Source of the DNA: Chrysomallon squamiferum
Lineage: Eukaryota; Animalia; Mollusca
DNA: 64,000 bases
Direction: 5' to 3'
NCBI GenBank assembly: GCA_012295275.1
Contig: CM022672.1
Location: 29,822,001 to 29,886,000, forward strand
The position numbers and the translations under genes were made by a program. A model generated the notes under the pieces. It was given only the letters and a program-made list of their open reading frames with translations, was not told the origin of the DNA and made no database searches. Position 1 is the first letter of the stretch. Every line of letters begins with the position of its first letter. This document shows, one piece after another, positions 1 through 15,432 of the stretch.

Positions 1-565
1 TATTTATAAGTCTCCCCCCACACACATATATCGAAGTTATTGTTAACGTTATGTTAAACATCGTGTGCGCGCGTGTGTGAATGCTTGTGTGTGAAAGTGA
101 TTTGTATTGTAAGCTATTTTTGAAAGATGACGTTACAGTATTATTCCTAGCACTTTAAACGTTATATCTCTCTGTTTATAGGTTACGAATTGTTAGAAAA
201 CTGAAATTAAGTCGAACATATTAATAAATAATTAAAGTAAATAAAACAAAATGAAACATAAATATGTGGTTTTCTTCCTTATCCTAGTACCGGCCCTGTG
301 CCCCTCCTCTGTGATTATTGTGAATCAGTCCTTGTTCAAACTCAAGCGTGCAGAGAAAAGGAAACATGAAATTTGATTTAACAGTATTATTTAAAACTCG
401 TGTCTACAGATCTCCGACTTCGGTATCGAAATCAGAATCTAGTCACGATTTTTGACATATCAGTTACTATGTTTTGTTGTTTGTGTGTGGTAATGAGAGA
501 GGGTGACAAAGAACATCCTTCATATCTGTGAATAGAACATTTTATACATTGTAGCAAACATTAAC

Positions 566-574
566 AATAATAAC

Positions 575-622
<48 letters not shown>

Positions 623-624
623 GC

Positions 625-667
<43 letters not shown>

Positions 668-735
668 GTAATAATTACAAAGACAACAACAACAATAAAG
701 AAATAAAAATAACAATAATAATAATAATAACAACA
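566..735. repeat. (AAT)n / (AAC)n microsatellite
   Basis: Direct reading; explains the poly-Ile/poly-Tyr ORFs at 520-783. Confidence 0.95.
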
Positions 736-1291
736 GTAACAGCAACAACACAAAATCAACAGAAAGAATAACGGTTGAGGCACACTACAAAAATAATCTG
801 TAAATTAAAAAAACAACAAAGTAGAAAACAATTTGGGAATAGAAAATAATATAACATAAACCCAATCTGCGTAACTAATCTAATTCAGTAAATGTTATTA
901 TTCTCAGTCGATAAAATAAATTTATTTCCCAATCTAACACTTAATTATGATATATACAGCTACTTTATAATCTGTTTATCTACCATATATTGAGAAGATA
1001 TGATTAAATATTATCTGAGTACCGCTAGTACCTTGAAAATCATATATATTTTTTTGTCAGTAATCTCACTTTTTCTTTCTTTAAACAAAGGAGTTACATT
1101 TATAATTTGATACATATAACTAATTTTATAAAATGACTGTCACAGTTTGCAACAATATAATTAATAGGAGACACAACAACCGGTTTGTAGGTGGTCAGTG
1201 TAAAATAATACACTTCTCCCCGCCAAAATTCATCCTGTTTAAACTTGAATACTGAACTGGCGAGTATCGTGTTTGTAAATATTATGTAGTT

Positions 1292-1584
<293 letters not shown>

Positions 1585-4500
1585 AGAAAATAACATTAAA
1601 ACAAAAAAACATAAAAATAAAAATCATTGTACTACTCTTAATTAATATTCTTCCTTTTAAATGCATTACCGATTGTAGAATAATTAGCTTATATCAAAAA
1701 CATGAAGCTCTTTAAGAAATTTATGTTCAAAATAATAAAATTATCTGTTAGTATCTGAAGTTTCTTGGATATTTTCTTATACTGTGAATTCTGCTATCAA
1801 TAACACTAATTTTGTTACAGTCTTGTCCTTGTTTTGGAACACTGTCATAAGGTACTTATTGATATTTGACTAAATTATTCAGAGTTGTAATGGCCACTAC
1901 AAGTCTAATCATATAAACAACTTCACAACTCGACCACTTCTAGTTGCAAATGTTCGTGGTTCAGAAGGTCAAGCATGTGACCTCCTTGAATCTTGTGCTT
2001 TTCCCTGTGTTGTCAGGCAGTTGTGTTTCGCTGTCGGCTTGTAGAGTTTCGCCACCAGGTGGTTTGGTCTTCATCGGCTTAAGATGAGAACGATTCAGAC
2101 GATATTCCACTCCGTTAGCACTTTCCACAATGAATGGTTTGAGTGTATTCGAGAATCTTTTATTTCAGCTGTAATACAGGTAAATGATGTCGGTTGGTAC
2201 ATAACAACATTTTTTCTTGGAGCAAGTTTACTCAAGTCACTTGACTTTTTTTATCATGTTGGTGTTTCTGGATGTTTTTGGCGATGCTGAAGCTGTTCAA
2301 CATTTGAATTATCTGACTGGAGGCGTTGAGCGGTTTGGCTGGTGCTGCTAATTTGTTGCCGATCGGAGTAGTTCTGTACGCCAACAAGACCAGATATGGA
2401 TCATGGCCGGAAATTTGAAATTTCTTCAGTAATTTTTTTTTACGATCAGTACCATATGGAATTTATCTGTTGTATGATATATGTCCATGAAGTGGTTTGC
2501 AATTTTTGGACCACTGGGAATTTGCTGTAGTAATCAGCTGTGATTAGGTACTGTGGTCCTTTGTACTCAAACAAGTTAGAGGCTACCTTTTGCCATGGGT
2601 AGCTTGGCACGCTGTGTGGAAACAATGTTTCCCTGGGCTGCTCTTTCGAGAACTGTACGTATGTTTTACATGAGACAGTCATCTTTTTAATATTTTTTGA
2701 GATAAGAGGCCAGAACAAGTAATTTATAGCCCTGAGCTGGCATTTTTTTCAGACCCAAGATGTCCGTGATGGATGATATTAAGCATCTGAGGACGCAGTT
2801 TGTCTGGGATTACTAGGCGGTCATCCTTCAAGACCAAGCCAGTCTCGGCTCTTAAATCTTCTCTGAAAGTCCAGTATTCTTTCAGATCAGGCGGACAATC
2901 AATACTATATTCTGGCCAACCACGGTATATATGTCCTTTAAATGACACAATTTTGCATCCTTTGTTCTACGGATTTCTTCCAGTCTGGCTCGAGTTGTGG
3001 GCAGACTGCTTGTAATAGTGGCAACTTCAAACATTGGTACTCCATTGTCAGAATCTGGGTTTTTTTCATGTAACTGACACCTGACAATACGCCAGCCAGC
3101 ATATTTGACTTCCCTGTGATATACTGAACTTCAATATCAGATTTTAACATTCTGAGCAGCAGACGCTATAACTGAGATATGCAATTGCAGTGCTTTTTTC
3201 CGTAAGCTTACGGTGACTAGCTTATTACAGACTTAATGTTTAATTTTCTAGAGCTCGACATGCAGCAACGAGTTCCAGTTCTGTATTTCTGTATCTTGAC
3301 TCAGCATCGGCGAGCGATCGACTGACATAGAATACAGATTTGTCATCCTGCATCAGTACGCAATCTACCTCTTTGACACTTGAACTGGAATTTGTCTGGG
3401 TTCAATTTAACACCATTTTCACGTGCTGTATCGAGAGTGTTGAGAATATTCGTTTTGTGAATCATTTCTCTTTTACACTGTTCGAATGTGTCATCTTCTG
3501 TACCACTTAGTTCATTCCAAATACGGTGTCTATCTTTTCCTGGAACCCATCACCACTCACCATTAAGCTAAATGGTAGTCTCGTCCAGCGGTAGGTCCCC
3601 GTGGCGTATCAAATGTACAGAGATTACTGCTTTGTTCATCAATGCCAATTTGCAATATCCATTCCGAGCATCCAGATACTGAAATGTGTGGCACCAATAA
3701 CTCTTAGTGTGACATCATAAATTGTGTGCACGTAATATGGATTTCGATTTTTGTCTTGTTTAGATCTCGACGATCCATATGGCTTTGATCTTTACCACTG
3801 TTGAGTTTGCCATTGAGTTTACTCATTTTGAACGTGTTGTAGGATTCCTAGTTCGTGCAGTCTTTGTAGACTGACTGCACATGAATGGGTACTTGCCAAA
3901 TGGAACAACCTGACCTGTCTCTGAGTGATATTCAGTCCATAGGAAACGGCCAATCCCCGCGAATTCACCACTGTACTACTGAAGCAAGTATTCTTTGGTT
4001 AATGGAAAAGAGTATTGTTTTCCTCGAATGTCAAACAGTTTTATTAACCCAATATGTTTGTTATTTTCAGTTTTCGTAACTGAAGATGTAAGCGGCCAGT
4101 TTAATTTCAGCAAGTTTAGATACTGAGCTGTAATATCCCAAATGAATGCAGGACCATTTGCATTCACGACTTCCCTTTGGACTTATTTGGGACGGTTGTT
4201 GTTTGAAGTTTGCATATATACCTGGTATAACCCCAAGTTGTGAATATCGATGTCTCCATAAGCGGATGGCTTGAACACGTATATTTCCTTCACAACTGCG
4301 GCACGTTCTATCCAGTGTACGTTGAAAGAGATTATTTATGTTTCTGCCTGAGATGGGTTATAATTTTTATCCCTGTTTCTCTTGAACTATGTGTTCTTTC
4401 TAACTATGTGTATGTCTTCTGTTTGGACTTGTTTATTTTTTGTAACTGTCTGTTTGCAGATTCTTCTGCTTTTAAAAGTGTCAAGACCATTTCATATATT

Positions 4501-5023
4501 AGTGTGTTCCCTTCTTCAAAGCAGGTTTTTTCTCATACGATCAGAATTTATGCCAAATACAAAGAAGTCTCTGAGGAAGCGGTTGTACTGTTCTGGAGGA
4601 TAATCTGCTTCTTTGTCACGGTGTGTAACTTGGCCACAAATTCTTCTCTGCATAAATTTTCTTGTGAAATATAATGCAGTGACCAGGAGGCCATTAACTC
4701 ATTTGATTGAGGTTTTGCGAAAATTTCGAGCCGTTGCTTTCTAGTTTATTAGTAAATTTTCATCTTCGTTGGACATTCCCCAACTACTGCAAAGTTTTAG
4801 GCCTAATTCACCTGTTCCGTAAAGGAGGTCTGCACATTTAATTCCTTCGTTCATGCAGGATATTGGACCTGTAAACAGCAGCTCGCATCTTTGTTTTCAA
4901 ATTTAAAAAAGTCTGAAAAGCCCGTCATCCGTGCCCCAATTCAAGTTCGGGCCCTTGTCTAACAATGCGGCGTTTCTAGCGTTTTACGTCAAACTTATAA
5001 TGTTGACTTGGCGATCACTTAAA

Positions 5024-5041
5024 ATCCGACTTCTGACACCA
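5024..5041 (-). promoter_or_regulatory. Primer-binding site complementary to the tRNA-Leu 3' end
   Basis: Minus strand reads TGGTGTCAGAAGTCGGAT directly after the LTR, one mismatch from the known tRNA-Leu PBS TGGTGTCAGAAGTGGGAT. Confidence 0.85.
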
Positions 5042-5185
5042 TGTATGAAGCTAACTAATGGTGTAGTGTGTTTCATTTGTTTATTCTTTCTTGTTACACT
5101 GAGCCTGCGACCAGGCCGGGCTGGGCCGGTAATCTACACTGCGCCCGTCTGGCGCATACACTTCTTACAATTAATGCATTTCACA
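5042..5185 (-). repeat. 5' LTR (144 bp, TGT...ACA termini)
   Basis: Abuts the PBS; similar to 1481-1572 (ggccggta-tctacactgcgc--gtctggcgc ... ttcttacaattaatgca-ttcaca). Confidence 0.85.
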
Positions 5186-5663
5186 AATAACGTAATATTT
5201 CGAGTTTACTAGACAGGAAACTAAGTTCTGTTCGTTCGTTAATACTTTTTTCCTTTTTGTTACTTTTTTATTTCGTTTTCAAATGTATATAAAAATTGCA
5301 TGTAGATAAATTATATATTTATTTACTGATTCTTGAACATGAAAATAAGAACTGTTATTTGATGTCTTTATCCAGTTTCTTTCATTAAGATTTATATAAA
5401 ATATGTAAGCAAATTATGTTATGTTCGTTTATTTATGCATAAGATGAAATAAACGACAGGCAGCCAAATAAATAAATTTGTATATTTTTGTCATTCATTT
5501 TTACTTCGTTTATTTTTGTATTTAATTTGTATGTAAAATGTAAATAAACCAGTTATATAGATATACAAATACATTTATCGAGTATTATTATTTACTTTTT
5601 GTTATATTTGTCTTTGCTTTCTGCACCCATTGTATAATACATAAAGCTGTAAAATAATAACTG

Positions 5664-5792
<129 letters not shown>

Positions 5793-5991
5793 GAATAATA
5801 GAGAGAAAATATTCTGGATATATGAATTATGGAAATGGGGAGAAATTACGCATGTTACCGTTAATCTTTTATGAACAAATCTTTGACTAATCCGGATGCT
5901 GTCTACTTCGGATACAGGCTGTAAATTCCATAACAAAAGAACAATTTATATAGTAATTAACATTGTCAATAGCTGCATACAATTTTATTTC

Positions 5992-6829
5992 ACTATACAG
6001 GAGAATAAATATATATTGTTATACTGTACAAAGATGTATCGTGTTAAAGAACGATACTGGTACCTGAATACACATTGTTATATTGTATAAAGATTTGTCA
6101 TGTTAAAAAACGATAGAAAGATTTATCGTGTTAATTCACGATACAGGAAAATAAGCATATATTGTTGTGTTAGCAAAGACTTATCATCTTAAATAACGAT
6201 ACTGGAGCATAAATATATATTGTTATCTTGTACAAAGACCTATCGTGTTAAAATAACGATACTGAAATATAAATATATACTGTTACAAATAAATAACGAC
6301 AGAAAGGTTTATAGTGTTAAATCACCATACCGTAACGGCATAGGTATATATTGTTATGTTGTACACAGACTTGATTAAGAATACTGTAACATAAATATAG
6401 GTTGTTGTCTGCTATACAGATTCATCGTGTTAAATAACGATAGTGGAATGTAAATATAAACTGTTATCTTGTACACAGACTTATCGTCTTAAAAAAACGA
6501 TACAAAAGTTTATCGTATTAATTCACAATACTGGAACATAAATATATATTGTTAACTTGTACACAGGTTTATGATGTTAAATAACGATACTGGAACGTCA
6601 ATATATATTGTTATATTGTACAAAGACTCATCGTGTTAAATAACAATACTGGAGTATAAATATATATTGTTATATTGCACAGAAACTTATCGTGTTAAAT
6701 AAAGACACTGGAACATAAATAAACATTGTTATACTGTGCAAAGGTTGATAACGTTAAATAACCTGACTGGAACATAAATATATATTATTATATTATGCAA
6801 ACTGTTATCATCTTAAATCATCATATCGT

Positions 6830-6870
<41 letters not shown>

Positions 6871-9800
6871 ATGTTGTAAAAAGACTGATCGTGTTAAATA
6901 ACGATACTCGGAAACAGATATATATTGTTGTCTTGTACAAAGACTATTGTGATAAATAACGTTACTGGAACATAAATATTTATTGTTACATTGTACAAAG
7001 GTTCATTGTGTTAAATAACGATACTGGATCGCAAATATATACTGTTGTCTTCTGCAAAGACTATCCTGTTAAATCACCATACTGGAATATAAATATGTTT
7101 TGTTATATTGTACGAAGAATCATCGTATTAAATAATTATACTGCAAAATAAAAAAGATTCTTATGCTCAACATAGGTTCATAAAGGTAAATAACGATACT
7201 GATCATAAATATATATCTTGTTATGATGTAGAACGACTTATCGTGTTGTGTAACTATACTGGAAGATAAATATATAGTGTTATGTTGTACAAAAGTTTAT
7301 CACGCTAAATAACCAGACTGGAACACAAATATAAAATGTTATATTGTACAAAGGTTTGTCGTGTTAAATAACGATACTGGAACGTAAATATATACTGCTA
7401 CATTGTACAAAGACTTTTCGTGTCAAATAACGATACTCTAACATAAAAAAAATAGATTTATATATTTTCCAAAGTTTTATCACGTTAACTAATGATACTG
7501 GAATTTAATATATATACTATATACTATAATATTCAACAAAGTTTTATCATGTTTAATTGCCGTACTATAACATAAATATATATTGTTATGTTGTACAAAG
7601 ACTTATCGTGATAACTAACGATAATGGAACATAAATATACATTGTTATATTGTACAAAGGGTTATTATTCTGAATCATCATATCGTGAAATAGATATATA
7701 TTGTTACGTTGTACAAAGATATATCGTTATGCTGTACAAACACTTATCGTGTTAAGTAACGATGCTATAATATGAATATATATTGTTGTCTTGTACACAG
7801 ATATACCATGCTAATTAAACGATACTAGAACATATATATATATATAGTTGTATTGTAGAAGGATTAATCGTGCAAAATAATGGTACTGGAACAGAAATAT
7901 ATATTGTTATGCTGTACAAATTTTCATCAAGTTAAATAACCATATTGGAACATAAATATATATTGTTACCTTGTACAAAGATGTATCATGTTACATAACG
8001 ATACAAAGATTTATCGTGTTGACAATACTGGAACATAAACATATATCTTTACATTGTACAAGGTTCATCGTGTTAAATAACGATACTGGAACACAGATAT
8101 ATATTATTATGTTGTACAAAGTCGTATCGTGTTAAGTAATGACTCTGTAAAAAATATATATTGCTATACTGTACAAAGGTCCATAACATTAGATAACCAT
8201 ACTGGAACACCAATACATATTGTTATATTGTATAAAGACTTACGTCTTAGATAACGATACTGCAACATAAATATATATTGTTATCTTGCACGAAGACTTA
8301 TCGTGTTAAAAAACAATATTTGAACATAAATATACATCGTTTTGCTGTACAAATGTTTATAACGTTAAACAACCATACTGAAGTACTACTATATATTCTT
8401 ATATTGTAGAGAGAATTGTCGCCTATTTAACGATACTGAGACATAAAGTATACTGTTATCTTGCACGAAGACTTATCGTTTTAAAAAACGATACTTGAAC
8501 ATAAATATACATCGTTATGCTGTACAAATGTTTATAACGTTAAACAAACATACTGAAGTATCACATTATATATTGTTATATTGTAGAAAGACTTATCAGT
8601 TTAAATAACGATACTGGAACATAAATATAAATATTGCAATATTTTACAGACTCATGCTGTTAAAAAAGCATAGTGTAACATAAATCTAAATTGTTATACT
8701 GTATAAAGGTTCCTAAAGGTAAATAGCCATACTGAAATATAAATATATATTGTTATATTGTAGAACGACTTATCGTGTTAAATAACGATACAGGAAAATA
8801 TATATATTATTATATTGTACAAAAGTGTATCAGACTAAATAACCAGACTGGTGGATAAATATATAATGTTATATTAAACAAAAGATTTATCGTATGAAAT
8901 TACAATACCAGAGCATAAATATATATTGGTATCGTGTTCAAAGTTTGATAATATTAAATAAGAATGCTGGAATATAATATATACTGTTATATTGTACAAA
9001 GGTTTATGATGTTAAATCATTATACCGCAAGATAAATATATATTGTTATATTGTTGATCAGACTTATCGTGTTAAATAACCATGCTGGAACATAAATATA
9101 CACTCTTATCGTGCATAAATACTTATCGTGTTAAATAACGATACTTGAAATTAAATATACATCGTTTTGCCGTACAAATGTTTATAACGTTAAACAAACA
9201 TACTGAAGTATCACATTATATATTGTTATATTGTAGAAAGACTTATCAGTTTAAATAACGATACTGGAACATAAATATAAATATTGCAATATTTTACAGA
9301 CTCATGCTGTTAAAAAAGCATAGTGTAACATAAATCTAAATTGTTATACTGTATAAAGGTTCATAAAGGTAAATAGCCATACTGAAATATAAATATATAT
9401 TGTTATATTGTAGAACGATTTATCGTGTTAAATAACGATACAGTAAAATAAATATATAGTGTTATACTGTACAAAAGTTTATCAGGCTAAATAACCACAC
9501 TGGTGGATAAATATATAATATTAGATTGAACAAAAGGTTTGTCGTATTAAATGAAGATACCAGAGCATAAATATATATTGTTATCTTGTTCAAAGTTTGA
9601 TCATGTTAAATAAGAATGCTGGAATATAATATATACTGTTATATTGTACAAAGGTTTATGATGTTAAATCATTGTACCGCAACATAAATATACATTGTTA
9701 TATTGTAGAAAGACTTATCGGGTTAAATAACGATACAGGAAAATAAATATATATTGTTATACTGTACAAAGACTAATCATGATAAATAAAGATACTATAT

Positions 9801-11095
9801 CATAAACATATATATAGTGTTATATTTGCAAAGCTTTGTCATGTTAAATAAAAATGCTGGAATATAATACATACTGTTATATTGTACAAGGGTTTATAAT
9901 CGTTATACCGCAACATAAATATATATTGTTATATCCTATTAAATAATGATATTGTAACATATCAAGATTTTTATACTGTACAAAGACTAATCCTATTAAA
10001 TAATCTTTTTGTAACATATAAACATTGTTATACTATACAAAGACTCATAAACTTAATTAACAATAAGGTTCAAAATTGTTATTTTGTAGAACGACTGATC
10101 TGTTAAATAAGGATTTTTGAACTTAAATATATATTGTTATATTGTCCAAAGCTTTATCGTGTTAATGAAAGAAAGCTACTAGAATATGATATACAATGTT
10201 ATATGGTACAAAGGTTTATCATGTTAAAAGACCATACCGTATTACAGATATATATATAGTTATGTTGTACGAAGACGCATTATGTTAAGTAACAATACTG
10301 GAAAATAAATATGTATTGTTACTTTGTACAGGGACTCCTCGAGTTAAATAATGATATTGGGGCATAAAATATATATTGTGATAGAGTACAAAGACTCATC
10401 GTATGAAATAATGATACAGGAACATAGGTATATATTCTTATATTTCACAAAGGTTTTTCGTATTAAATAACGTTACTGGAACATGGATATATAGTGTTAT
10501 CTTGTAGAAAGACTTATGCTGTTAAATAACGATACGGGAACAGAAATATATATTGTTACATTGTACAAAGATGTATCATGTTAAATAACGATTCAAATGT
10601 TTATCGTGTTAATTCACAATACTTTAACATAAATATAAATTATTAAATCACTGTATCATAATACCATAACAAAAACATATATTGTTGTCTTATACAAAGG
10701 TTTATAGTATTAAATAACGAGACTGGATCATGCGTGTGTTTGTGTGTATGTGTATGTGTGTATATATATTATGTTGTACAAAGACGTATTGTGTTAAAGA
10801 CGATAATAGAACATAGATATATATTGTTATATTGTACAAAGGTGTATGGTGTTAAATTAACATACTGGAAGATAAATATAAATTGTTATATTGCATAAAG
10901 TTTTATCCTGTTAAATAACGATACTGTAGTAAATATATACTGTTATATTGTATACAGATTTATCGTATTAAATAGCGACGCTGGACAATAAATAAAATTG
11001 TTATTTTGTACAATGATTTGTCGTGTTAAAAAATACTACTGTAAATAAATATATATGTTATATTGTAGATAATTTCATCTTGTTAAACAACAATG
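5992..11095. repeat. Satellite array, 59-bp monomer, roughly 85 diverged copies
   Basis: Consensus ~TTATCGTGTTAAATAACGATACTGGAACATAAATATATATTGTTATATTGTACAAAGAC; the TGGA anchor recurs at 6591, 6650 and 6709. Confidence 0.95.
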
Positions 11096-11671
11096 CAACA
11101 AGAGCAGTAATTAATTTCATATTAATATCTTAAGAAGTTCTGTTGTCATTAATACCCATATACAAAAAGTAATATATAGATTGTTTTTATATGCATTTAC
11201 ATGCAAGTTTATCTTCCTAAGAAAATGTACACGAATAGTATATTACTTTATGATCAGGGTACTAAGTAGTAATCAGTGTAATTTGAACTGTTATTAAACT
11301 AATGTACATGAAATACAAATGTGAGTATCATACGTTTTGAGAAATGATTATTTCAGCGTGATATATCAATCAAGATAATTAAATGGTGTTAATTTATAGG
11401 GGAAAAACGGTTTCTAAACGAAAATGATATCATATACAAAGGTTTGATTACACACAGGTATTTTCGACAATTCGTTCATGAGAAATATAAAGTTAATAAG
11501 TTGAATGGAAGTTTTCATACTCTATACTTTGTCAATGATAATCAAACAAGTTTAATTATTAAGAAAATGGATAATAGGTTTACCGTTTTGCAAAATGTTA
11601 TGCAGCCTAAAAAGTGTGAAAATGCATAAAATAGATAAATAAACAACATGAACTAAATAAACAGCATGAAA

Positions 11672-11710
<39 letters not shown>

Positions 11711-11749
11711 AATAGAATAAAATAAAATAATAATTTATGCAATTTCGAG

Positions 11750-12457
11750 CACCTTCTCTATGATAGAATATCTTGTCTTAATGTGCACTCGAACTTGTAT
11801 GACGTCATATTGGATGACTCGTATCCACAGACGATTCTGAGACGGGAATTTTCTTAACCAACTCACTGACGTAAAGCGTCGAACGTTCACCACAGGAACA
11901 GAACATGCTGTTGTTTATCTGGAATCACTGACTGTTTCTGGTTTTTTAGAATCGATCTTAGATTCCCTTTTTCTTTATTGTTTGCACTGATATTCTTTCC
12001 CACCTCATTTGGACTGTACTTTTTTTCTTCCAAGTTGAATGTAATTCACCTGAACCTTTTCAGGATCAGAACATTCGCATTTTTTGTTTCCGCCCCTGTA
12101 AAATATAGATAAATAGATAAACAAATGAATAAATAAAATAAAATAAATTAAGGTAATATATCAAATTAAATACACTAAAACAAAATAATGACATTATGAA
12201 AACCTCTTAAAATTTGTCTTGAGGTAAGCACGTACATTTAACTGTGCAAATAGTAAACAATTTTCAAAACATACGTATCAATGTGGATATTTTATTAAAT
12301 TATATAAAACAGAAGTTAGTACATAAATGCTACCAGTATGCCAAGTTTATTACATTGTATTTTTAAAAGAAATATGAAATGGTTACAGAATAAAGTTTGA
12401 GTGATCATAACCTACCTCAGTTAAATACTGCCTTGTATTATTATTGTTGTTGTTATT

Positions 12458-12507
<50 letters not shown>

Positions 12508-12997
12508 TATTATTATTAGCATTAGTTTCATCATCATCATCATCTAACAAGTATCAGTTGTTCCACGTAAATTTATAATAAGAACAAATTCTTCACCTGT
12601 ACTCCAATATGACATCAAACTATTAAAGATGACCTTCTGCGCCATATGTGGACCTGTTTGCTGTTTTACAGATGTTGAAACAGTTTCATTTTGACTTTCT
12701 TTGTCCTTCCAATAGTCCACAAGGGTATGAAACGACTTGTGTCGACTCTTAATCTGGATATTATCACCTTCCATCCCGTTAAGAAATGAAGGTAAAATAA
12801 TTATTAACTTAAGAAACTAACTTTGACAATCGCTAATTCTTAATTGTGTATCTAAGCAGTATCGTGACGTTATGAACCTTACGTCATTTCTTTTTATAGA
12901 ATAGACTAATCATTTATTAAAAAAATAAATAAATAATAAATTGATTGATTAATAATAATAATAATAATAAATAATAATAATAATATTATTGTTATTA

Positions 12998-13028
<31 letters not shown>

Positions 13029-13268
13029 GTTGTTGTTGTTATTGTTGTTGTTGTTATTTTTATAGTACTGGCTGGAAATGATGATGATGATAATAACAAT
13101 AGTAATAAATTAATAAAAAGATCAAGGAGAAAAATTTACAACTTTAATAAAAACGAAGGCATCAAAATGATTATAAGAAAATAACAAAAACAGTCACCGT
13201 AGAATAAAGTAATTTTTGTTACAGAATAATATTAATAGTAACGACGATGAGAGGATGCGAACAGTAGA

Positions 13269-13318
<50 letters not shown>

Positions 13319-14618
13319 CAACAACAACAACAACAACAATAACAACAACAGTAAAAGCTACTTTAATAGTAAGAACCAAATATTTCATAAACTTTTCTGG
13401 TCGATATTATTAATTCCTAGAATTAAGGTAATAGATTTCTCAGTTCTCCGTACATGATTATACAAACAAAGTAAATAAGAAAAATAAATAAATAAATGAA
13501 ACAGGCAGATTTTTAAAAGTAGTGTCGTCATATTTATCTTTGTGGCTGTCGGTAGTGTCATTGTTCTTATTGTTGTAACTGGAGTTGCTCCTATTCTTCT
13601 TGTTTGTGAGTTTATTGATTTATTATTTTCATTATTGCAGTCCTCGTTGTCATCATCGTTTTGAGCAGATAAAATACGGAATCAGTATAGTTTAACCAAC
13701 AAAATATAAAACTAATGTACACTCAGCTTATCCTAAAAGTTGTCGCACGACATTAGTAAAACAATTATTCTTGTTGAGTTCAGTTTAAGGAAAAACTTGT
13801 GTTCTCCTATAAAATATAAAACAAAGGGTTAACAAAATCGCTGTACCTCTAATTAAAATAATATAATCTCTTGTGTAGATCGTGAAATAACACTTAGTTT
13901 CAGCTTCTTTTCACCTTTTCAGTATAAATTCTAACTATGGTAAAGAAAATTATCGATACATCTCCTATATTTCTCAACACAGAGTCAGGGTCCTCTAATA
14001 AACTAAAGTTTAAAATTATCCTTCCATTTTTAATATTACGTATGTTTTACCTAAATCAATATCACAACGGTTTCACTTTAAACTCTGCTGTCGTTAATAA
14101 AAGCAAATAATATTTGTCTTCACACTTATGTAAAATATTCATAATAAAGGACATTAATATAAAAACACTAAGCCTGATGACTTAATGAAACAAAAAAAAA
14201 TAACAACAGAGAAGTAATAGATATCACCACTGTGGTTGTAAATGCTATTTATTAATAAATGTATTTTAAAGTTGAATCCTGTGTATTTACACTCCCAGTT
14301 GACACATCGCATCGCCACTTTCAATACAGCAGACAAAACGTGGAAACGACATATATTTCTGCTAAAGTCGCAGACAATACTACACAGGATTTACTTCATA
14401 TTTTACGTAAGTCTGTGATGGTTTTCCAACTTGATATCAAGTTTTCTGGTTTTTCTGGGATTTAGTCAGAGGCGGGTTGTATTTCTGTTTCTTCACAATT
14501 GATTTTAAGATTTTTAAGATTTTCTGGCATCTTTCCTTTCTGCCTTGTCTTCTAAATAAAAGTTTTTCTTGTTTTCTTTCTTTTGTTTTTTTTCAAACTG
14601 ACATTTTCTTGTGTGCGC
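11750..14618 (-). pseudogene. Possible decayed multi-exon gene remnant (Lys/Glu/Asn-rich), product unknown
   Basis: Exon-like islands between microsatellites: minus-strand acceptors ttttattcAG (exon from 14618) and tattttacAG (exon from 12095); ORF 12544-12774 with a cagGTGAAG donor near 12597; island 13530-13670. Frames are interrupted by stops. Confidence 0.25.
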
Positions 14619-15420
14619 CTGAATAAAATAAAATAAAATAAAAAATAACATCAAGAAGAAGAAGAAGAAGAAGAAGAAAAAATAATTAAATTAAATTAAA
14701 ATAAATGAAATTATAATACCTCTTGAAGTTTTTTGTCAGATATGCGTTAATAAATAAAATAAGTGTGTAATGTTTTATTAACTTCTATTAAATATAAATT
14801 AGTGTCAGTGATAACTGATCTATGATCATGATCATGATCATGATCATAATCATGACGATGATGATGATGATGATGATTATGATGATGGTGATTATTATTA
14901 TTATTATTATTATTATTCTACGCTAAGTCATTTTAGCGGTAGGTATCAAAAGAATTCACGGATCTAATGTCAAGTGACATATTTCTGCATGTTTGCATAC
15001 ATTCAGTACAAAGATGGGTTTTGATATCACGTCGCACATTATGATTTTAACCACGCTTTTGCAGTGTACTTTTCATACAGCGATAATCATCAGTAGCGAG
15101 TTTAAATCTTCAGTAGCGCGCTAGAAGTTGTGCACTGCCTGTCCTATGTAGAAAAAGTAAAAGCAGGACTAGGTACTCCTCCGTCACGTAGGCCAACATT
15201 TTTTCTTTATAGGGAATGATCTGAGAGTGAATTTATACATGCACTGGACCTATGGCTGTATTATTATTATTTCTATATCTTCGTGAACCTCACAAGATTG
15301 AAATTCTAGACCTAGGTCTCTGGTTTTGTTGAAAGGTAAAACATTTTTACTCCAGCAAACACGTGTTTGTGGGATATTGTAAACAGTTGACTACATTATG
15401 CTAAGTACACATAAGGCAAG

Positions 15421-15432
15421 TGCGCATGCGCG
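15421..15432. promoter_or_regulatory. NRF1-type palindromic motif TGCGCATGCGCG
   Basis: Matches the GCGCATGCGC core; a CCAAT box (agccaatcag) lies at ~16189-16198. Function not shown. Confidence 0.3.

Noticed and set aside
4240-4674. 144-aa plus-strand ORF (and others at 2084, 2800, 3885, 4931)
   Set aside because: Antisense to the decayed gypsy gag-pol and shows no recognisable motifs.
5992-11095. CRISPR-like array (regular palindromic repeats)
   Set aside because: Monomers are head-to-tail with no unique spacers, there are no cas genes, and the context is eukaryotic; it is a satellite.
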